A stretch of DNA of 64,000 nucleotides from Oligoflexia bacterium (lineage in GTDB: Bacteria; Bdellovibrionota_C; UBA2361; JBGSMV01), in contig JAIBBU010000007.1 of NCBI GenBank assembly GCA_019694515.1, forward strand, positions 6,573 to 70,572. The letters are read 5' to 3'. The notes beneath the pieces are model-generated. The model saw nothing but the letters and a program-made list of their open reading frames with translations. It did not search any database and was not told where the DNA came from. Positions 28,074 through 35,722 of the stretch are shown here, in pieces. Made by a program: the position numbers and the translations under genes. Position 1 is the stretch's first letter; each line of letters opens with the position of its first letter.

Positions 28074-28391
28074 GTGGATAGCCCCGAGCGGCGTGAGGAG
28101 ATTGCGGCATATATCGATAAGGTCAATGCGGAGCTGGCGAAGCGCCGCAAGCGGGTGCTGGAGCTGGAGAAGGAATTAAGTGATTTGCAGATGCAGGTAG
28201 AAGAGGCTGGTACAAAGATCAGAAGAGGGGTGGGGGATGCGGCCGTTGCCGCCGCTTCAGCCAGCTTTATGGCCTCCGTCGGCAAACGCCGTAAATTATT
28301 GGATGAGCAGTTAGGGGAGGCGCGCAGCGATGTACAACGAGCCGAGGATCGGCTTAGGACCGCCACCCAGGAAATGGATCAATTGAATTAG
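28074..28391 (+). CDS. Coiled-coil protein of the T3SS operon (candidate SctL/SctO, FliH/FliJ-like)
   Basis: 105 aa, charged heptad-repeat-rich. GTG start immediately after the upstream TAG, with GGAGGGG upstream. Confidence 0.45.
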   Translation: MDSPERREEIAAYIDKVNAELAKRRKRVLELEKELSDLQMQVEEAGTKIRRGVGDAAVAAASASFMASVGKRRKLLDEQLGEARSDVQRAEDRLRTATQEMDQLN

Positions 28392-28405
28392 GGAGCAACT
28401 TAGCC

Positions 28406-29434
28406 GTGAAGGCCCAAGCAGGAACGGACAGCGATATTTCAGTGGTACCTTGGGAGCCCGAGAAGACTCTTGAGAAGATGGCGCTGCTGCAGGCCAGGCT
28501 GTCGCGGGGGTTTTTGCGCTCTGACCCTTCGAAATGGTTCCCGGGATTTGCGATGCAGTGGATTCCGCTTACCAGCGCCTTCGGTGTTGAGCTGCAGATA
28601 CGAACTGTCGAGCCGGTGCTGGCCGCACCCCGCGGTTTGAGCGGCTACGTTGGTGCAGTGGACGATGAGCCGATTGCAGTGGGGATGGAAGATCGAGATG
28701 CGCGGCTGTTGACGGCAGCTTTCTGTAGTGGCGCACTGGCGGGAGCTCAGGGGGTCCTGCGGGAATATTTGGCGCGCCGCTTCATAACCAGCATGGCTTT
28801 ATCATGGAGCGGTCCCGAGTCTTCGGTGGTGACCTTTGATCGCAGCATGAATATGTCGCATATGCGCGAGTCGGCAGCGATTCGGATGGAACTCTTGGTC
28901 AATGATCAGGCCTGCAATCTATGGGTCTTGATGGGGAAATTTTTGGTTGAACGTTTGGACGCATTGTGGCGCAAACAGGTGCGTTCCACTGCGCGCCAGG
29001 AGTCCGGTGCAGCGCGCGAACTAGCTCTAGAGGTTACACAGTTAGCTGTGCCGCCTTCGCTTCTAGCGGAGTACATGAAGCCTCGGGCAATCATCGATCT
29101 CGAGACGATCGTCTCAGACCGGGTCTTGCTCCGCGAAGGCGGCAAGCCGCTTTCCTATGCGCGGTTGGTGAACATCGAGGGTCGCTACGGCATCTCCTTG
29201 CTAGACGAGCCGGTAGCCAACCCTAGACTGCCCGACGGTACTACCAGACTAGCTGTCGAGCTGGGGCGCATTGCGGTCGATGGCAATCAATCAGCGGAAT
29301 TTCTTCAGAATGGCGCAATCTGGGAGACCGGTCTGAAACTGGGTCCCGCGGCCAACATGGTAATAAACGATGAAAAGGTCGGCTCTGCCGAGCTGATGAT
29401 CTTTGAGGGGCGCTTTGCGCTGCGGGTAACCTAG
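28406..29434 (+). CDS. sctQ: Type III secretion cytoplasmic-ring protein SctQ (YscQ/FliN/FliM family; C-terminal SpoA domain)
   Basis: The C-terminus LQNGAIWETGLKLGPAANMVINDEKVGSAELMIFEGRFALRVT is a FliN/SpoA-type domain. A second SpoA-like segment lies upstream (VLLREGGKPLSYARLVNIEGRYGISLL). Confidence 0.7.
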   Translation: MKAQAGTDSDISVVPWEPEKTLEKMALLQARLSRGFLRSDPSKWFPGFAMQWIPLTSAFGVELQIRTVEPVLAAPRGLSGYVGAVDDEPIAVGMEDRDARLLTAAFCSGALAGAQGVLREYLARRFITSMALSWSGPESSVVTFDRSMNMSHMRESAAIRMELLVNDQACNLWVLMGKFLVERLDALWRKQVRSTARQESGAARELALEVTQLAVPPSLLAEYMKPRAIIDLETIVSDRVLLREGGKPLSYARLVNIEGRYGISLLDEPVANPRLPDGTTRLAVELGRIAVDGNQSAEFLQNGAIWETGLKLGPAANMVINDEKVGSAELMIFEGRFALRVT

Positions 29435-29526
29435 TTCTCGGTCGAGCGCTTTGAATCAATCTGCATTTGTCAGCCACACCCCTTAAGTGGGTAGCCTCAA
29501 AAGTTGCGATTGCTTATAGTTGAAGC

Positions 29527-30111
29527 ATGGATGGCTTTCTGCAGTCGCTGCTGGCAATTTTAGTCTTCACCGGCTTTGTTAAGATCTTCACAGCTCTGTG
29601 TATTGCGCGCTACGGTCTGGGCCTCGATCAAGCGGGCTTCGGCATCGTCATCGGAGTTTTGGCTTTGGCCCTCTCGATCTTCGCAGTGGAGCCGCAGCTT
29701 AGGCCCTATGGGGGCTGGAGCATCCTGAATGGTGGTGAAAACCAGAAGGTAGATCTGCCTAGGACCTTTACGCCGTTCTTGGTCAAGCATTCGGATGCGA
29801 AAATTATTTCGGAACTTGAAAAGCTGCGCCCAAATTCCGAAGGGCAAAAGAACGACACACCGGAGTTCTCATTACTGACAGTGAGTTTTTTGCTGAGTGA
29901 GTTGAAATCAGCATTCGAAATTGGGCTGTTACTTCTCATTCCGCTGATCATCATCGATCTTTTAACCTCCAATATTTTAATGGCGCTGGGTATGCAGCAG
30001 CTTTCCCCGGCGTTGGTCTCCCTGCCGATTAAGTTGCTGCTATTCTTAGCGCTGGATGGCTGGACTCTGTTTAGCGAAAAGCTGCTCAATTCATATACGG
30101 GGGCTGGATAA
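29527..30111 (+). CDS. sctR: Type III secretion export-apparatus protein SctR (YscR/FliP family)
   Basis: LIPLIIIDLLTSNILMALGMQQLSPALVSLPIKLLLFLALDGW matches the FliP/YscR signature (...GMMMLSP...PFKLLLFVLVDGW). No cleavable signal peptide, as in non-flagellar SctR. Confidence 0.85.
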   Translation: MDGFLQSLLAILVFTGFVKIFTALCIARYGLGLDQAGFGIVIGVLALALSIFAVEPQLRPYGGWSILNGGENQKVDLPRTFTPFLVKHSDAKIISELEKLRPNSEGQKNDTPEFSLLTVSFLLSELKSAFEIGLLLLIPLIIIDLLTSNILMALGMQQLSPALVSLPIKLLLFLALDGWTLFSEKLLNSYTGAG

Positions 30112-30366
30112 ATGGACGCCGTATTATACAGCATGTTTATTGAGGCTATTCGCGTACTGCTGTTGGTCGGGGTGCCATCGGCGCTGCTGATCGGCTGTGC
30201 AGGGGTATTGGCTGGCGCGTTTCAGAGCGTTACCTCGATTCACGATCCGGCGATTGGCTACACTGCGCGGCTGCTGGCGCTGATTGCGGCGTTGTATTTC
30301 TTGGGCGGATTTTTTTGGGAACGGGTGCGGAACCTGCTTGAGCAGGCACTGCTCGCACAGTCATGA
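30112..30366 (+). CDS. sctS: Type III secretion export-apparatus protein SctS (YscS/FliQ family)
   Basis: 84 aa, two TM. Overall FliQ-like pattern (AIRVLLLVGVPSALLIGCAGVLAGAFQSVTSIHDPAIGY). ATG immediately follows the sctR stop. Confidence 0.8.
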   Translation: MDAVLYSMFIEAIRVLLLVGVPSALLIGCAGVLAGAFQSVTSIHDPAIGYTARLLALIAALYFLGGFFWERVRNLLEQALLAQS

Positions 30367-30980
30367 TCTTAGAAATCTCATTGCTGACGATGCTGCTCGG
30401 CGGCGCCCTGTTGTTCGGAATGTGGCCGGGACTGGTGATGTTAGCGGGGACTTTTGCCTACGCCGCCTCTCAGTACCATCCCGCTGCCGTTGGTCTGGTA
30501 GTCTTAACCTGTGCCGCGGTGACGGCGGTTCCGCTTAGTGCCGCAGTGTGCGGTGCCGCGCTCGAGCGCCATACTTTTGTGCATGTGCGACGTAATGGGC
30601 AGCTGAATGCGCTGGTCCTTGCCACTGCTACAACCGCATTCTTGCAGACAGGGCTGCCGGTTTCCTTTTTCACTGTGATTGAACGTGCGCAATTGCATGG
30701 CAAAGCGCTCGATTATGGGCAGGCTATCGCAGGGATTATCAGCGCCGCACTGTCAGTCGGTTCATTTGCCGCGCTGCTAATCATGGGTGTCGTATTGCTG
30801 GCAGAGGTGCCGCTAGTGATTGCCGGCCGCATCGGAGAATTTAAAGCAGACCATCACATCACACTTTTTCGGCCGCTGCTTGTGGTATTTGTGCTTTCCA
30901 TGGCGATGAACCTCTTGCTGGGCTTGTTTTTCGAGGAGCTCGCACCGTTACGCATTTTGCCGCTGGGGAATCAACCATGA
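30363..30980 (+). CDS. sctT: Type III secretion export-apparatus protein SctT (YscT/FliR family), short form
   Basis: 205-aa polytopic membrane protein in the canonical R-S-T-U position. ATGA overlaps on both sides. Confidence 0.6.
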   Translation: MILEISLLTMLLGGALLFGMWPGLVMLAGTFAYAASQYHPAAVGLVVLTCAAVTAVPLSAAVCGAALERHTFVHVRRNGQLNALVLATATTAFLQTGLPVSFFTVIERAQLHGKALDYGQAIAGIISAALSVGSFAALLIMGVVLLAEVPLVIAGRIGEFKADHHITLFRPLLVVFVLSMAMNLLLGLFFEELAPLRILPLGNQP

Positions 30981-31639
30981 GCGAGAGGACGGAATGGCCG
31001 ACTGCTGCCAAGCTGGGAGAACTAAGGGAGCGCGGTTTAGTGCCGGTCAGCAGGCTGGCGCTTTGGTCTGGCGCGTTAATCGGCTGTGTTATTGCAGTCT
31101 TTGTTCTAGGCAGCACCTGGAATTTCCCGCAGCGCTGGCTGGAAATTGGTGCGGCGACCCAAGCAGATTCTCCGAATCTAATGGCCGAGCTAGCGGCGCA
31201 TCAGGGCGAGATAGTTAAACTGTTATGTCTGCCGGCTTTGGGAGCAGCTCTCTTGGTAATCCTTGCGGGGGTAGTTCAAACCCGCTTTCTTTTCAGGCCT
31301 GCCACGCTCGCGCCTCAGGGTGAGCGGTTGTGGAACCCAGCAGCAGCAAGCTTTGCAAGGCCCATTGCCCGCCCCCTATCGGCGGTGCTCTGGCTGGTGC
31401 TTGGAATTTTTTGTGGATTCCTGCTTTTTAGTTCGCAGTCGGCGCTGCTCTTAGGACTGCTAAATCAGAGCGTTGCTCCGGGGATTGCCCGGCTGACCGA
31501 CATGCTGAAGAGCTATGCCTTGATCGCCGCAGCGGCTGCTTTGGCAGGGGCTATTCTTGGTTGGATTGCGGCACGCCTCATTTTTATGCTGAGACATCGC
31601 ATGACTCGCCGTGAGGTGCAAAGCGAGGTTGGTGAGTAA
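30977..31639 (+). CDS. sctU: Type III secretion SctU (YscU/FlhB family), membrane domain only; lacks the C-terminal autocleaving (NPTH) domain
   Basis: The N-terminus RTEWPTAAKLGELRERGLVPVSRLA matches the FlhB/YscU N-terminus (KTEAPTPKRL...G.VPKS.EL). Four TM segments. The ORF ends at RMTRREVQSEVGE, equivalent to the MSKQEVKDE linker that normally precedes the cytoplasmic domain. Confidence 0.7.
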   Translation: MSERTEWPTAAKLGELRERGLVPVSRLALWSGALIGCVIAVFVLGSTWNFPQRWLEIGAATQADSPNLMAELAAHQGEIVKLLCLPALGAALLVILAGVVQTRFLFRPATLAPQGERLWNPAAASFARPIARPLSAVLWLVLGIFCGFLLFSSQSALLLGLLNQSVAPGIARLTDMLKSYALIAAAAALAGAILGWIAARLIFMLRHRMTRREVQSEVGE

Positions 31640-31708
31640 CTCGGTGTAATTTGTGGCTTTGCCTGATCTGGCCGCCCCGAGCTATCATCAGCCTGAGTTA
31701 GTAGAACC

Positions 31709-31966
31709 ATGAAACGCAGCATATTTGACCCCCCTGAAGCCTTCTCGTTGTCCCCGCTACTCGCATTGCTGCCGCAAAAAGGACAGCTCTCAAAATTAGA
31801 GACCCTCTCGGCTTCGCTCTTTGCCCGCTATGAAAGGGTTACAGGGCTGCTGGGCGAGATTGCGGCGGGCTCCTCCCCTGAGTTAGAAACCCGTCTTTCG
31901 CGGGAGCAAAATATGCTGCGCCAGGTCTTGGAGTGGCTCAACATTAAGCCCGAAGGTCAGGCATGA
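31709..31966 (+). CDS. Small hypothetical protein, ATGA-coupled to the TPR chaperone gene (candidate chaperone partner or substrate)
   Basis: 85 aa. Its stop overlaps the next start. No needle (SctF) signature. Confidence 0.4.
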   Translation: MKRSIFDPPEAFSLSPLLALLPQKGQLSKLETLSASLFARYERVTGLLGEIAAGSSPELETRLSREQNMLRQVLEWLNIKPEGQA

Positions 31967-32397
31967 ACCAGGTGCGTCCGCGAGTGCCCTCTGAAATCCT
32001 GAAGCGCGGTTATACCGACGACGAAATCGCGAACATTTACGAATTAGGCCGGCTATTCTTAGAGAATGGCGATCTAAGACGCGGTGAGACGATTATGTTG
32101 GGCTTGCTGGAGATCATGGGCGAATACTCACCGGCCTGGTTAGCCATGAGTTACATTCATTTTGCGAACAAGGCCACCGAGTCGGCAGTAAACGCGGCGC
32201 AAAACGCGTTGAAGCACGATCCCGAAAGTGTCGAAGCCATGTTGGCCCTGGTGGCGGGGCTTCTTACTCTGGGCGACTTTAATAGCGCCGGTACATATCT
32301 GGGTGAGGTGGGTGAGAAATTAGACGCCGGACTTAGCGACGATCCGCGAGTCGTACGTTTCTATAAGGCCATGCTGGCGCGTTATCAAAATCGCTGA
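31963..32397 (+). CDS. TPR-repeat protein, candidate T3SS class II chaperone (SycD/LcrH/CesD-like)
   Basis: 144 aa. Three TPR-like helical hairpins (GDLRRGETIMLGLLEI...; AWLAMSYIHFANKATESAVNAAQNAL; AMLALVAGLLTLGDFNSAGTYL). Size and location are typical of translocator chaperones. Confidence 0.55.
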   Translation: MNQVRPRVPSEILKRGYTDDEIANIYELGRLFLENGDLRRGETIMLGLLEIMGEYSPAWLAMSYIHFANKATESAVNAAQNALKHDPESVEAMLALVAGLLTLGDFNSAGTYLGEVGEKLDAGLSDDPRVVRFYKAMLARYQNR

Positions 32398-32445
32398 GTT
32401 CGTTTTGACCGCAGGACCTGCACCTAGTGCGTGCCGGACTGAAAT

Positions 32446-33045
32446 ATGAGCAGAGCACGTCTCGTACCCTTCCTGATATTTTTGAGCTGCGCCGTCGCGC
32501 TGCAAATTCTAACCATGTGGTTAATGGGGCGTGTGTGGTGGTGCGGCTGCAACGAGTTTTTCATCGCATCGTGGAGTATTTGGAGCCGCCATAATTCGCA
32601 GCATCTGATTGATCCCTACTCATTCAGCCATCTCTCTCACGGGTTGATATTTTTTCTTTTTTTGAGATGGTGGGGGCCGCGGCCGAATGTCGATCTAAAG
32701 TTGGCGATCGCCTGTACGATCGAGATTGTTTGGGAGATTGCCGAGAATACCAGCTTCATAATTGAGCGCTATCGTAGTGTAACGATCTCCCTGGACTATT
32801 TCGGTGATAGCATCGCCAACTCGGTTGCTGATTTGATCTGCTGCCTCGCAGGATACTTGCTGGCACAAGCGCTCGGAGTGCGCCGTACGATCTTGCTATT
32901 CATCATGATCGAAATAGTACTGCTTCTCACGATCAGAGACTCGCTCACGATCAATGTGATCATGCTGCTTTGGCCGTTGCAATCGATTCTGCGTTGGCAG
33001 CAGGCAGGACTGCTGGAGCTTGGTACGATGCTAATGCCGACTTGA
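32446..33045 (+). CDS. Polytopic membrane protein, DUF2585/UPF0314-like
   Basis: 199 aa. Motif WWCGCNEFF early in the sequence. Five or six hydrophobic helices. The family assignment is tentative. Confidence 0.45.
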   Translation: MSRARLVPFLIFLSCAVALQILTMWLMGRVWWCGCNEFFIASWSIWSRHNSQHLIDPYSFSHLSHGLIFFLFLRWWGPRPNVDLKLAIACTIEIVWEIAENTSFIIERYRSVTISLDYFGDSIANSVADLICCLAGYLLAQALGVRRTILLFIMIEIVLLLTIRDSLTINVIMLLWPLQSILRWQQAGLLELGTMLMPT

Positions 33046-33092
33046 GCGACACTTGGCGATCGTTTTACAGTAATTCGCAGCGAACGGCCGCG

Positions 33093-33443
33093 CTATTTTT
33101 TGGATTTAGGATCGGTCGCTTCTTGCGCGGACATCAATCCGATATCCACGGCCATCTTCACGGCATTGACGACTTTTTGCTTGTTGGCATTAGAGGCCGA
33201 CTTCCCGAACATGTCTTCGGCTTCTTCCTCGATCAGCCGCAGGAGCTCTTCGCGCTCGGCCATAGTCATGGAACGGGTTGCCCCGCGCTTACCAATGCCG
33301 CCGGCCTTGGTTACACCCCCGATGGCGGAGGTTGGCTTGATCCCCTGAACATTCCCGACAGCTTGAGTACCCTCAACCTCGGTCGCCCGGTTGGTGGAGG
33401 TTACCTCACCGACTTTTTTCTTATCGCCGATCTTTTTGGTCAT
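33093..33443 (-). CDS. Small hypothetical protein downstream of the sigma factor (candidate anti-sigma/FlgM-like, speculative)
   Basis: Start at MTKKIGDKKK, with GGAGGA 5 nt upstream. Disordered Gly/Thr-rich N-terminal half and helical C-terminal half (MTMAEREELLRLIEEEAEDMF...). Confidence 0.45.
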   Translation of the reverse strand: MTKKIGDKKKVGEVTSTNRATEVEGTQAVGNVQGIKPTSAIGGVTKAGGIGKRGATRSMTMAEREELLRLIEEEAEDMFGKSASNANKQKVVNAVKMAVDIGLMSAQEATDPKSKK

Positions 33444-33453
33444 CTGTTCCTCC

Positions 33454-34251
33454 TCATCCACTCCGCAGCAAGCGCCGGAACTCTCCCTGTTCAGACTTCT
33501 TTCGTAACTTTATCGCAACTTGCTTCAGTCCGGGACGTACTTTTACGGCTGTGCGCCGTTTGCCCTTCGATAGGCTTTCAAGCAGATGCTCCAAAAGCAC
33601 TTTATGTTCTCTAATTACATTTAATTCGTCCGTTTCCCACTCATCGGCGACGTTACGTAGCGAGCAGCCCTCCCAGTAGATCTTCCAAATCAGGGATTGA
33701 TGAACGGGGTCCATGTCAGCCACCACTTCGATCATCTTCTTGTAATCAAGGGCTTCCTCAGGAGTGGCAGTAGCCAGACCCTGCCGCGCGGCGATCAAGG
33801 TGGCGCCGATCAAGAGTTGTCGGACCGCCATGCGGGTATCGGCTTCATCATTACCTGAGGATTCGTCGCTCAGCGGCAGCTGTCCGGTTCGTAAGTCCGG
33901 ATAGACATTTAATAATTCAGCAGAAATCTCGCGGGTTTGAACTTCCGCGCGTGAACCGCTGCGCCAGCCGCGTGATTTTCGCGCGGCTTCAGTTGAGGCT
34001 TCATGAATGCGCTTGCGCGCATAGCCGCGGAAAGGCACTCCCCGGGAGGGTTGGAAGCGGCGCGCACAGAACAGCAGCGCCTCCATAGCGGCTCCATCCA
34101 GCCCGTCCAGCTGCCAGTCCAAATTCCAGCCCCGGGCGACCGACCGGGCGATACTTTCGGCCCAGCCACGATGCTCCAGCGCCAGCTGATCAGCTTCCTC
34201 AATCGGGAGGGTAGGATGTTGACCCACTGTCGAAGGCGTTTTTGTCTGCAT
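33454..34251 (-). CDS. Sigma-70 family RNA polymerase sigma factor (sigma-28/FliA-like; regions 2 and 4)
   Basis: Region 2: ADQLALEHRGWAESIARSV...DGLDGAAMEALLFCARRFQPSRGVPFRGYARKRIHEA. Region 4: SLIWKIYWEGCSLRNVADEWETDELNVIREHKVLLEHL. Start chosen at MQTKTPS (34251); the ORF extends to 34374. Confidence 0.65.
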   Translation of the reverse strand: MQTKTPSTVGQHPTLPIEEADQLALEHRGWAESIARSVARGWNLDWQLDGLDGAAMEALLFCARRFQPSRGVPFRGYARKRIHEASTEAARKSRGWRSGSRAEVQTREISAELLNVYPDLRTGQLPLSDESSGNDEADTRMAVRQLLIGATLIAARQGLATATPEEALDYKKMIEVVADMDPVHQSLIWKIYWEGCSLRNVADEWETDELNVIREHKVLLEHLLESLSKGKRRTAVKVRPGLKQVAIKLRKKSEQGEFRRLLRSG

Positions 34252-34559
34252 ATCCGCTAAGTTAACTGATGCTGGAAAGCTCTCCTCGGACTCTAGCTTA
34301 TTAGATCCATCTCCGGCCAGCCGGGGAGCGGATAAGTTGCGGAACCGATGTGACTTATCTCCCCGATAATTCAATTAATTCAATAAGTTAACAAAAAACT
34401 GAAGTGCTTATACGTATTCGGCTGATAGGTGGCAAGAGGACCTGTTACGCCCTGCAACGGGAGGTTTGGGCGGACATCTTCTCGACAGTACGTCCTCGCA
34501 ACGTACCGAGTTCGAAAAGGGAAAGCTCACTTCCGGTTGTCAGTTAGGAGATGGAATCA

Positions 34560-35459
34560 ATGCCTGCAAGTAATCTCAAAGTAAAAGATTTCGATCATGC
34601 AGTTGACGCCAAGCGCGCCGTTGTTAAGACAGCGAAGAGCGCGAAGGTCGTTTCGCTTTTCAAAGCTCCCCGCGCCGGCATTCTAACCCAGCGTCAAAAA
34701 GATAATTTAGTTATCACTTACCAGATCAAAGCTCGTAAGATGGCATTTAGCATTTTGCGTCGCTGGCATTCGCGTCTGGATCTGCAGGAAGTTCACAGCA
34801 TCGTAGATCTATCGCTGTGTGAGGCCGTTAAGCATTTCAATCCCACCAAGGGTGCGAGCTTCTTGACCTTCCTGTTCTACCATCTGCGCGGCAATTTGAT
34901 TCGCGCCGTAACAACCGCGGCTAAACTGAATGCAATTCCGCTGAGCGATCTGGATCCGATGCAGCCCGAGGATCAAGATTCTGCGAAGCAATCTGATGGA
35001 CGTGGTATCAGTGCCGCAGAGGTAGCCGACGCGCTTTCGAGCCGCGAAGCACCGCTGCCCGATGAGGTCTTGGCTCGTAAAGAATTGATCAGAGCAAGTT
35101 TGGATGCGTGTCAGAAGCTGGATACGCTGGAGCGTGAAGTCCTGTTCAGAATCTTCTTGCAGGAAGAGCAGCTGCTGGATGTCGCGGCTTCGCTTGGTTA
35201 CAGCCGCTGCCATATCTCACGGGTTAAGCGCCGTGCATTAGAAAGTTTATACGGCGAGGTATGTCGCGCCGTGTATGGCGAGGAAGGAGCATCGATGAAA
35301 CGGCCTGAGGTGGAGGAGTTAGAGGCGGTAGCAACACGCCGTCCAATTCACCGCCGTAAGCCGCGCGCCGGAATGAAGGCCGGCAAGTTCAGAGCGAGTG
35401 CTGGTGCGCTTAAGCGTTCGATGGATAAGGCAAATTCAATTGTAGCAGCCTATTCCTAA
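34560..35459 (+). CDS. Sigma-70 family RNA polymerase sigma factor (sigma-28/FliA-like), divergent from the upstream one
   Basis: Region 2: ITYQIKARKMAFSILRRW...EVHSIVDLSLCEAVKHFNPTKGASFLTFLFYHLRGNLIRAV. Region 4: LDTLEREVLFRIFLQEEQLLDVAASLGYSRCHISRVKRRALESL. AGGAG lies 9 nt before the ATG at 34560. Confidence 0.7.
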   Translation: MPASNLKVKDFDHAVDAKRAVVKTAKSAKVVSLFKAPRAGILTQRQKDNLVITYQIKARKMAFSILRRWHSRLDLQEVHSIVDLSLCEAVKHFNPTKGASFLTFLFYHLRGNLIRAVTTAAKLNAIPLSDLDPMQPEDQDSAKQSDGRGISAAEVADALSSREAPLPDEVLARKELIRASLDACQKLDTLEREVLFRIFLQEEQLLDVAASLGYSRCHISRVKRRALESLYGEVCRAVYGEEGASMKRPEVEELEAVATRRPIHRRKPRAGMKAGKFRASAGALKRSMDKANSIVAAYS

Positions 35460-35722
35460 TCCGATCGAAATGGTGTTATATAAGCCCGCCGCTATGAATC
35501 AGAAGGGTTCGTAGCGGCGGTTGCTTTATGAGGGTGTCTACAGCTCAGACCCCGACGAAAGTTTCAGATCGGCTCTGGTCAACTCACCGCGGATGGGACT
35601 TATAATGGGTAAAGTTTGAGGTATTTTTTGTGACGATCTTCGAATTATTCGCATTTGTCTGCGCGGGTGCCATGGTGCTCACCATGGTATTCGGCGGCTG
35701 GTCTTAAAGCGATCACCATCCA

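Noticed and set aside
31709-31966. Calling the 85-aa ORF the needle protein SctF
   Set aside because: Size fits, but it lacks the conserved C-terminal needle motif and the helix-turn (PxxP)-helix organisation.
32970-33614. 214-aa plus-strand ORF
   Set aside because: Runs antisense across both the small minus-strand protein (which has a strong GGAGGA ribosome-binding site) and the 3' end of the sigma-factor gene. Arg/Gly-rich artefactual composition.
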